Shown: positions 1 through 6,394 of the stretch, in pieces
Layout of the letters: each line of letters opens with the position of its first letter
Numbering within the stretch: the stretch's first letter is position 1
Source: a bacterium
Lineage (GTDB): Bacteria > JAMCPX01
Direction of reading: 5' to 3'
Assembly (NCBI GenBank): GCA_037439545.1
Contig: JBBIVV010000052.1
Span: forward strand, 1 to 10,340
DNA length: 10,340 bases
Program-made: the position numbers and the translations under genes
Notes under the pieces: model-generated
What the model saw: the letters and a program-made list of their open reading frames with translations, nothing else
The model's database searches: none
Told to the model about the DNA's origin: nothing

Positions 1-200
1 GTTGTTTGTTATAAAACTCGAAATACAGCCCCAATCCTTGCTTTGCTTCGGGAATGCTCTGGTAGTCGTGCAGAAAGACATTTTCATACTTCACCGAACG
101 CCATAAGCGTTCTACAAAGATGTTGTCGTGCGGACGCCCCTTGCCGTCCATGCTGATTGAAATCCCTTGTTCGGTCAGCACCTTCACAAATTCCTCAGTT
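1..200 (-). pseudogene. IS3-family transposase (OrfB integrase core) C-terminal fragment, 5'-truncated, runs off the window edge
   Basis: Manual minus-strand translation (not in the ORF track): TEEFVKVLTEQGISISMDGKGRPHDNIFVERLWRSVKYENVFLHDYQSIPEAKQGLGLYFEFYNKQ. SMDGKGR..DNIFVERLWRSVKYE is a typical IS3-family catalytic-Glu region. The expected upstream DxGSQF motif is absent and an in-frame TAA lies near 266-268. Confidence 0.88.
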
Positions 201-288
201 GACAATCTTTTTTTTACAGCCTGTTGATTTCTCACAAGCTTTTGGGAATCGGGGGCACCCAATGTTTATCGGCAACATTTGTTTATGA

Positions 289-326
289 TACACCATATAG
301 TGTAAACCTTAGCACCATTTAGTATA
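289..326. promoter_or_regulatory. Tandem imperfect palindromic sites, candidate upstream activator sequences for a sigma54 enhancer-binding protein
   Basis: CACCATATAGTGTA (291-304) and CACCATTTAGTATA (313-326) share 12/14 nt and start 22 bp apart. The first lies in the dyad TACAC-CATATA-GTGTA (289-304). Confidence 0.45.
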
Positions 327-347
327 CTGCACGTGTTTCAAGAACGT

Positions 348-360
348 TAACTACTTGATT
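348..360 (-). promoter_or_regulatory. IHF binding site
   Basis: Minus strand reads AATCAAGTAGTTA, an exact match to WATCARNNNNTTR, in an AT-rich context between the tandem sites and the -24/-12 box. Confidence 0.55.
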
Positions 361-378
361 TTTATAAATTATAGTAAC

Positions 379-394
379 TGGAATGACAACTGCT
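379..394 (+). promoter_or_regulatory. Putative sigma54 (RpoN) -24/-12 promoter for the 437..691 gene
   Basis: TGGAATGACAACTGCT has exact GG-N10-GC spacing versus consensus TGGCAC-N5-TTGCW, and ends 42 nt before the ATG. Confidence 0.55.
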
Positions 395-436
395 CAATGT
401 ATATGATTAAATCTAATCAGAGGGAGGCGAAATTAA

Positions 437-691
437 ATGAGAAAGCTAATATCAGTAGCATTAACATTGGCGTTAGCATTGGCATTTACAACAATGGCAA
501 TGGCAGAAGGCAACGAGCAGGCTCCAGCAGCAGCGCCCGCAGCAGCAGCACCGGCACCGGCACCAGCGCCCGCACCAGCAAAGAAGGTAAAGAAGGTAAA
601 GCACGCAAAGAAGGTAAAGAAAGTAAAGAAAGTAAAGAAAGAAGCGGCACCAGCGCCAGCAGCAGCTCCAGCTCCGGCACCAACAAAGTAA
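437..691 (+). CDS. Small secreted low-complexity Ala/Pro/Lys-rich protein (compositionally reminiscent of acid shock protein Asr)
   Basis: GGAGG RBS at 423-427. Sec signal MRKLISVALTLALALAFTTMAMA with AxA cleavage site. Mature part is an AP linker, a (KKV)n block and an AP tail. Intrinsic terminator follows. Confidence 0.88.
   Translation: MRKLISVALTLALALAFTTMAMAEGNEQAPAAAPAAAAPAPAPAPAPAKKVKKVKHAKKVKKVKKVKKEAAPAPAAAPAPAPTK
581..643 (+). repeat. In-frame 9-bp tandem repeat, 7 units (AAG AAR GTA; Lys-Lys-Val)
   Basis: aagaaggta aagaaggta aagcacgca aagaaggta aagaaagta aagaaagta aagaaagaa. Confidence 0.9.
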
Positions 692-715
692 TCTCAATTT
701 TAAGAGAGCATTGTT

Positions 716-747
716 TAGTGGCGTCTATATGGCGCCACTACTTTTTT
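716..747 (+). terminator. Rho-independent terminator
   Basis: TAGTGGCGTC-TATAT-GGCGCCACTA forms a 10-bp stem with one G-U pair, followed by CTTTTTT, about 25 nt after the stop codon. Confidence 0.85.
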
Positions 748-865
748 AGTTCAGGAAGCATAAGGGGGCACACATTTACCCTGCACTTGTCTGCCTATTC
801 CCCTTAAAGAAGAGAGCGCTTTTGCACTCTCTTAATATTTCACGCAACCTCTTTCCCCATCTCCG

Positions 866-1261
866 GGAGGCGTCAGAGTAGCTCAGGTATTGGATCGCTT
901 AAAGGAAACGAGAGGGTTGCCGGAAGTAATAAGGACCGACAACGGTCCTGAATTCATCAGCCGGGCATTGGATGAATGGGCATATCAGAACGGGGTGAAA
1001 CTGGCCGTCATACAACCGGGCAAGCCTATGGAGAATGCATTTATAGAAAGCTTTAACGGGCGGTTCCGGGATGAATGCCTCAACGAGAACTGGTTTCTAT
1101 CGCTCCAGGAAGCCCGGAAGATCGTCGAGCATTGGAGGATCGATTACAACCAGAACCGGCCACATGGGTCGTTAAACGGACTTACGCCGGATGAGTTTGC
1201 AAAACAGTACGAGACAATGGTAAAGAATGGTCAGGAAACTCTAATTCAAGGTGCTCTGTAA
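866..1261 (+). pseudogene. IS3-family (IS407-like group) transposase OrfB C-terminal fragment
   Basis: [12 protein letters not shown]...[15 protein letters not shown]...[25 protein letters not shown]...[16 protein letters not shown] contains the second Asp and the Glu of the DDE triad. The first Asp, the HTH region and orfA are missing. Confidence 0.92.
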
Positions 1262-1276
1262 AATGGGGGAACGTCA
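866..1276 (+). mobile_element. Partial IS3-family element with its right terminal inverted repeat (~1250-1276) preserved
   Basis: Ends ...GTAAAATGGGGGAACGTCA. The reverse complement TGACGTTCCCCCA resembles the TGAC(C/G)TGCCCCC-type ends of IS407-like elements (5'-TG...CA-3'). No left end found. Confidence 0.75.
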
Positions 1277-1430
1277 AAGACCCTTTAAAGTTTAACAGTT
1301 TCGGGAGTTCCACATCAAATGCCTTGGCCAGTTTATCCAGCGTTACCAGGCTGGGAATAGCCTCTCTCCGTTCTCTCCGGGCAAGAAAGTCTATACAGAG
1401 GTCCGCTGCTTCTGCCAATCTCCTCTGGTA
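1277..1430 (-). pseudogene. XRE/Cro-C1-type helix-turn-helix regulator remnant
   Basis: YQRRLAEAADLCIDFLARRERREAIPSLVTLDKLAKAFDVELPKLLNF fits the XRE pattern Q..LA....l.......ERg...Psl.tl.kla.af.v....L. An in-frame TAA lies just upstream, helix 1 is missing, and the 3' end abuts the IS terminus. Confidence 0.7.
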
Positions 1431-1564
1431 ACGATATTAATCTTCAGCAGAGACTTTTATCGAGGGAGTACCTGCATTATTATTGATATTGTTATGAATT
1501 GGTTTGAACATATAAAAGAGCACCGATACGTTACTGATGAGGGTTTGCAGAAAATTAACCATAA

Positions 1565-1577
1565 AATCAAGACCTTA
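1565..1577 (+). promoter_or_regulatory. IHF binding site next to the putative att core
   Basis: AATCAAGACCTTA is an exact WATCARNNNNTTR match, 18 bp before the tRNA fragment. Confidence 0.55.
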
Positions 1578-1595
1578 TGTTTTTGCCCTTTTTTC

Positions 1596-1621
1596 GAGTT
1601 CGAATCTCACCCTCTCCGCCA
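1596..1621 (+). other. tRNA-Ser 3'-end fragment, probable att direct repeat of an integrative element
   Basis: GAG-TTCGAAT-CTCAC-CCTCTCC-G-CCA gives the T-loop, T-stem 3' strand, acceptor 3' strand complementary to GGAGAGG, G discriminator and CCA. No tRNA 5' half lies upstream. Confidence 0.82.
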
Positions 1622-1907
1622 GACTACGCTCCTTTGGAGCTTCGTCCGGCTGACCAATCAATTGTAGGCTGCATAGGCCTTAGTCAACATACACTTTTTT
1701 GTCTGAACCTCTGTACCTCCCGGACCCCCAGCTCTGTATGCTCATTCATTTTAAGATCTCCACGCATAATCATATTGTTCCTTTTTACCAAATAAAAATT
1801 TTCCATGAAAATACTATACAATTATTTTTACCATTCCCCCTTGACATCGGGGAGCTTACTATGGTAAATAATTTATAATCATTTTTGATGAGTACGTGGA
1901 GGTGTCT

Positions 1908-4067
1908 ATGTTCATAAAAAACATAGGAATGGATAAATCGGGGATACGGGACTTTTCTATTTATCTGATTTTAGCCTTTCTCTTTCTGACTGTAATCACA
2001 TCCGGATGTACCCGGAAAGCAAACCTTCAGAATCATTCCAGATCACCGCTTGCAGTATATGAGATTAATTACAAAGCATTGTCCCACACCATGAGCATAA
2101 AATCTATTGATATTACTCCTCCATCAGCCGGCCAGAATATCACAGGAAAAGCAGGACTGTTCCAGGCAGGCAATGCCGTATTTGACGGTGCGGCAGTAAC
2201 GGCACCTGTTTTTATAACGAACAATGATACGGATGACTGGACCGGTGTTGTGATGCAGGCATACAGCCTTCGTTCAGGGAATGCAGGTGTATGCGATGCA
2301 GACCTTGGTGAAGGATGGTATGTAAATAATCCAGACAATGGCGCATGGGGATGGATATTTACATCCGGCACATCCGGGTCAGAGTTCACCATACCTATAG
2401 GCGGGGACTCGGCTATTACACACATGGGATTCAATGCAACATCTGATTTTATAAGTCTGGTATATATCTATGAAGGAGCACCGATAATTACCGATGTAGA
2501 GCCTGCCGATGCACCGAGCGGGGCAACGGTCACCCTGACGGGGTATAATTTTTCGACTACACAGGGAGTGGTTACCATCAACGGTATTACTGCGACAGTG
2601 CAAAAATGGGAAGATAAGGACATAGAAGTGACTGTTCCTGACAGTGGGTTGTCTGGGGATGTTATTGTACATACCAATGATCGGGACACGGCTTATTCCA
2701 ATCCATTCATGTGTCCACGGTATAAAGTGAGTATAGACTGCAGCACACCTGGACCGAACCCTGTTAACGCTGGCTCATCCATGACATGCACTATTTACGC
2801 GACAGGCGGAAGGCCCAGCATAAACAAAGCGATTGACACATGTGGCGGGAGCATAGGGAGCGGGGGATACTGCGGGGAGAACTGGACGTATAATTTCAGT
2901 TCATTCGCAGGACAATCCGGGACCTGCACTGCTGCAGTCATCAACGGGACAGCCACAGCACAGAACATCATAACGATCAGCGCGGTGAGTCCATGGCCGA
3001 AGTTCAGGGCGAACATGCGCAACACCGGACTCAGTACCGTGAATACGAGTGGCGTAACGGGCGTTTTACAGTGGTGGAGTGTGCAGGAGATGAGTATAGG
3101 TATGTGGGCATCTCCTGTGATAGGGACTGATGGAACGATTTATCTGGCAGATGGTCCTTTGTGTGCGTTCAAACCTGACGGCACGCTCATATGGTGTACC
3201 AATCCGCCAGGTCTTCCTCCGAGTGAAAATTCATACTCAACTCCGGTTATCAGTCCTGACGGTACGATTTATGTCGGGTCAAGCGATAATAACCTCTATG
3301 CGATAAATCCGGACGGAAGTCAGAAATGGAGTATCCATGCAGGTGGTAAGCTGGCCTTCTCCTCTCCTGCTATAGGATCTGACGGCACAATCTATATTGG
3401 GTCATGGGATCATAATCTCTATGCTATCAATCCGGGCGGAACATTAAAATGGACTTATGCGACGGGCAATGATATTGACTCCTCGCCTGCGATAGGATTA
3501 GACGGGACGATTTATATTGAATCAACCGATGGTAACCTCTATGCGGTCAATCCGGACGGTAGTCTGAGATGGAGTTTTGCTACGGGCAATTATGTAAACA
3601 CTGCACCGAACTCTTCACCGGCGATAGGATCAGACGGCACGATTTATATCGGGTCAACGAATGATAACCTCTATGCGGTCAATCCGGATGGTAGTGCAAA
3701 ATGGAATTTCCATACGGGTGGTTATATCCAATCCTCGCCTGCAATAGGTGCGGATGGAACGATTTATGTTGGATCAAGGGATGATAGGATTTATGCGATC
3801 AATCCGGATGGTACCCTGAAATGGAAGTACGCTACAGGCGGTATGGTAGGGTCTTCACCTGCAATTGGATTGGATGGCACTATTTATGTTGGATCATGGG
3901 ATGGCAAGGTTTATGCGATCAATGCGGATGGTAGTTTGAAATGGAACTACTTTGATGGGGTGCGCTGGGGTACTAGTGGATATGTGAGCATAGCCTCTTC
4001 CCCGGCGATAGGATCCGATGGTACGATTTATCTGGGGATAGACGGTTCATTGTATGCATTTCACTGA
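1908..4067 (+). CDS. Lipoprotein with IPT/TIG domain and C-terminal PQQ-like (BamB-type) beta-propeller repeats
   Basis: Start moved from GTG 1896 to ATG 1908 because GGAGGT is at 1898-1903. Hydrophobic stretch plus lipobox TSG-C (Cys 2007-2009). IPT/TIG pattern PIITDVEP...GATVTLTGYNF...KWEDKDIEVTVP (~2481-2709). WPKFRANMRNTG leader, then eight SSPAIGxDGTIY-type repeats. Confidence 0.9.
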   Translation: MFIKNIGMDKSGIRDFSIYLILAFLFLTVITSGCTRKANLQNHSRSPLAVYEINYKALSHTMSIKSIDITPPSAGQNITGKAGLFQAGNAVFDGAAVTAPVFITNNDTDDWTGVVMQAYSLRSGNAGVCDADLGEGWYVNNPDNGAWGWIFTSGTSGSEFTIPIGGDSAITHMGFNATSDFISLVYIYEGAPIITDVEPADAPSGATVTLTGYNFSTTQGVVTINGITATVQKWEDKDIEVTVPDSGLSGDVIVHTNDRDTAYSNPFMCPRYKVSIDCSTPGPNPVNAGSSMTCTIYATGGRPSINKAIDTCGGSIGSGGYCGENWTYNFSSFAGQSGTCTAAVINGTATAQNIITISAVSPWPKFRANMRNTGLSTVNTSGVTGVLQWWSVQEMSIGMWASPVIGTDGTIYLADGPLCAFKPDGTLIWCTNPPGLPPSENSYSTPVISPDGTIYVGSSDNNLYAINPDGSQKWSIHAGGKLAFSSPAIGSDGTIYIGSWDHNLYAINPGGTLKWTYATGNDIDSSPAIGLDGTIYIESTDGNLYAVNPDGSLRWSFATGNYVNTAPNSSPAIGSDGTIYIGSTNDNLYAVNPDGSAKWNFHTGGYIQSSPAIGADGTIYVGSRDDRIYAINPDGTLKWKYATGGMVGSSPAIGLDGTIYVGSWDGKVYAINADGSLKWNYFDGVRWGTSGYVSIASSPAIGSDGTIYLGIDGSLYAFH
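3106..4064 (+). repeat. Eight imperfect intragenic ~120-140 bp repeats encoding beta-propeller blades
   Basis: Consensus SSPAIGxDGTIYxGSxDxxLYAINPDG(S/T)xKW. DNA similarity remains visible, e.g. TAACCTCTATGCGGTCAATCCGGA at ~3534 and ~3666. Confidence 0.9.
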
Positions 4068-4120
4068 TTATGCAGAAACACATAACAATATTTATAGCAG
4101 GTGCTAACCTCTCGAGAGGA

Positions 4121-4255
4121 AGGTGTTTGTGTTCATAGAAATTCATGGGGGTATGAGCAAGAGACGCCGAAGTTATTCCCATTGATAATTCCGGTTCTTT
4201 TTTTCTTCCTCGTATTCCTATCCGGATGTACCCGGAGAGAACCTTCAGAATCATT
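4121..4255 (+). pseudogene. Degenerate 5' remnant (RBS, signal peptide, lipobox) of a paralog of the 1908..4067 lipoprotein gene
   Basis: 4121-4141 matches 1900-1920 at 18/21. 4220-4236 is identical to 2000-2016, and 4240-4255 is identical to 2022-2037. Block spacing is 100 vs 101 nt. One frame reads LFPLIIPVLFFFLVFLSGCTR. Frameshifted and truncated. Confidence 0.8.
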
Positions 4256-4256
4256 A

Positions 4257-4321
4257 ATATCTTAAGTGGATCGCAGGATTGAGCGAATGAGCAAACTGCC
4301 CTATTGCATTTTTCGGGTTAA
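4257..4321 (+). repeat. 65-bp direct repeat, copy 1 (partner 7326-7390)
   Basis: atatcttaagtggatcgcaggattgagcgaatgagcaaactgccctattgcatttttcgggttaa, 61/65 identical to copy 2 with no gaps. Confidence 0.95.
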
Positions 4322-6351
4322 TACAACACCTCCCGGGTTTCCTGGGACTTGCTGAACATTGCTTCGATAGCATCCTTGTATTTTTCGTTGATGATCCGCC
4401 GCTTGTATTTCAGCGTAGGCGTGAGCTCCCCTGTTTCAATGGTAAAGGGCGTCGCGATGACCGTGTAGTATTTTATCTGTTCGTACCGGGCTAAATTTTC
4501 ATTTATCTCGTCTACCTGTTTTTTTATAAGTTCTTTGACCTTCGGATGTTCAATAAGCTCTTTATCATGAGCTGTTTTGATGCCGTTATCCTTTGCAAAC
4601 AATTTTAACTCTTTAAAGTCCGGTACAATGAGCGCAGCAACGTACTTCCTTCCATCACCGACAAGACACGCCTGATCGATACAGGGTTTTGCAATGAGAG
4701 AGAGCTCGATCGGATGCGGAGCTATATTCTTTCCTCCCGAGGTAACAAATAATTCTTTTTTCCGGTCTGTGATGCTTAAAAAGCCTTCCTTATCGAACTC
4801 CCCGATATCGCCGGTCTTGAACCAGCCGTCTTCAGTAAACACTTCTTTCGTCTCTTCGGGCATATTCCAGTAGCCTTTGAATATCTGCGGTCCTTTCACC
4901 AGTATTTCTCCGTCACCAGCGATTTTTTCTTCTGTCCAGATGACCGGCCTGCCCACGGTCCCGGGCTTTATCTGAAGTCTGTGTGCTACCGTATTATAGG
5001 CAAGAGAAAGTTTCGTGGCTCGGACCGGATTGGTATAGGGTGATTTGCCTTTTGCCTGCTGTGTGATCATGAGATCGACTGTCCATGCAACCATCTTTTT
5101 CTTAAACCATTTAAGGTTGTCTATGTCTACGTCTCTGAATTCAGGCTCATTGAAATTTATAACAGGAGCTGTTTCAGTAAGTCCATACCCCTCATTGAGC
5201 TGGATGCCGAGAGACCGTATAAACACACAAACCTCTTTTGATAATTTTCCTCCGCCTGAAACAGCGAGTACCAGCCGTTCCATGCCGGCCTGTTTCTTTA
5301 TTCTATTAAACATGATGCTATTGGCGAGAGAAAACTGCAGAAGATCAAGCACGGGCAGACGTGTCCCTGTTGCCATGCTGTTGGTGAACTTCTCACCCTG
5401 GCGAATAGACCAATCAAAAAGCTTCCGGTTGAAAATATTCTGTCTTGAAAAAGCGGAACGTACCATGTCATAGGTTTTTTCATAGAATCTGGGAATACTG
5501 ACGACGACATTCGGCTTCAATTCCCGAAGATTTTTTTGAATCGTATCGAAGCTTTCGGCAAACGCAAGGGTGCCGCCTAATTTAAGACCGCTTACATGGT
5601 AGTCTGCAGTTCTGCCCATGACATGACAGAGCGGAAGATGAACAAGGCTGAGCAGATGCAGATCCAATTCTCTCACCCGTTTGAGCAAAGTAGAGTTGGA
5701 ACTCTGGTGTATATTTGCAACCCAGTTTGCATGGGTAAGGATAGCACCCTTTTGTCTTCCCGTAGTACCCGAGGTATATATTATAGAGATTACATCTTCC
5801 GGTTTTACAGAACGAATATGCTCTTCCGTGGTTTTTCTGTTGTTTTTCTTTTGCCCTATTTCCATGACCTCGGCAAAGGTATATACCCCTTCAGGTTTTT
5901 TCCCCGTCCATGGTCCCATGGTAATAATCGTTTTTACCGGAGATCCGGTACCGATTACCTTCAGGGTCATCTCGGCTTTTGCCTGCGTGGATGCGATGAC
6001 GAATTTCGAGCCGCTGTCCTTAAGCATAAATGCAAGCTCGTCCTTGCTCAGGGTTGGATACAGGGGAACCTCAATGGCACCGCATACCTGAATGGCCTGG
6101 TCCGCTATGATCCACCTCGGCCTGGTTTCAGAGAATATGACCGCCCTGTCTCCTTTGTTAAGTCCGAGTTCTATGAGCCCGGATGCGAGATCTATGACCT
6201 CATCCTGGGCTTCTTTCCATGTAATGGATCGCCATGTGCTTATGGAGTTGCCTTGTTTATCGAATTTACCCATAAGGAACACATGGTTGTTCCCATATCG
6301 TTCTGCCTGGTTATGAAATATTCCGCAAAGTGTATCGTTATTGTATGACAT
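4318..6351 (-). CDS. fadD: Long-chain fatty acid--CoA ligase (AMP-dependent synthetase, FadD/FAA1-like)
   Basis: AMP-binding signature IIYTSGTTGRQKG, plus EGYGLTET, GEILVKGPQIFKGYW, DGWFKTGDIG, ITDRKKEL..TSGGKNIAP and GELTPTLK.KR. GGGGGT RBS-like sequence upstream. Confidence 0.95.
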   Translation of the reverse strand: MSYNNDTLCGIFHNQAERYGNNHVFLMGKFDKQGNSISTWRSITWKEAQDEVIDLASGLIELGLNKGDRAVIFSETRPRWIIADQAIQVCGAIEVPLYPTLSKDELAFMLKDSGSKFVIASTQAKAEMTLKVIGTGSPVKTIITMGPWTGKKPEGVYTFAEVMEIGQKKNNRKTTEEHIRSVKPEDVISIIYTSGTTGRQKGAILTHANWVANIHQSSNSTLLKRVRELDLHLLSLVHLPLCHVMGRTADYHVSGLKLGGTLAFAESFDTIQKNLRELKPNVVVSIPRFYEKTYDMVRSAFSRQNIFNRKLFDWSIRQGEKFTNSMATGTRLPVLDLLQFSLANSIMFNRIKKQAGMERLVLAVSGGGKLSKEVCVFIRSLGIQLNEGYGLTETAPVINFNEPEFRDVDIDNLKWFKKKMVAWTVDLMITQQAKGKSPYTNPVRATKLSLAYNTVAHRLQIKPGTVGRPVIWTEEKIAGDGEILVKGPQIFKGYWNMPEETKEVFTEDGWFKTGDIGEFDKEGFLSITDRKKELFVTSGGKNIAPHPIELSLIAKPCIDQACLVGDGRKYVAALIVPDFKELKLFAKDNGIKTAHDKELIEHPKVKELIKKQVDEINENLARYEQIKYYTVIATPFTIETGELTPTLKYKRRIINEKYKDAIEAMFSKSQETREVLY

Positions 6352-6394
6352 ATAAAACCCCCGAATAGGTAAAGTACATTTTATTTAACCTTCA

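Noticed and set aside
355..807. ORFs 355..807 (+), 473..697 (-) and 486..686 (-), including a Cys-rich one
   Set aside because: Alternate-frame shadows of the low-complexity 437..691 gene, which has the RBS, signal peptide and terminator.
1540..1621. Complete tRNA gene
   Set aside because: Only the T-loop to CCA is present, with no acceptor 5' strand, D-arm or anticodon arm upstream.
1577..1795. 72-aa ORF
   Set aside because: Crosses the att/tRNA fragment and hairpin, with no RBS or recognisable motif.
1841..1879. Sigma70 promoter from TTGACA (1841-1846) and TATAAT (1874-1879)
   Set aside because: The spacer is 27 nt and the hexamers at 16-18 nt spacing are poor. A promoter is likely nearby but cannot be pinned down.
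3106..4064. CRISPR array or DGR template/variable repeats
   Set aside because: The repeats are in-frame propeller blades with scattered, largely codon-level divergence. There is no adenine-specific pattern, no constant repeat-spacer structure, and no RT or cas gene.
2069..4254. Antisense ORFs 2069..2434, 2379..2672, 2468..2689, 2795..3025 and 3973..4254
   Set aside because: Opposite a well-supported gene or pseudogene remnant, with no recognisable protein features.
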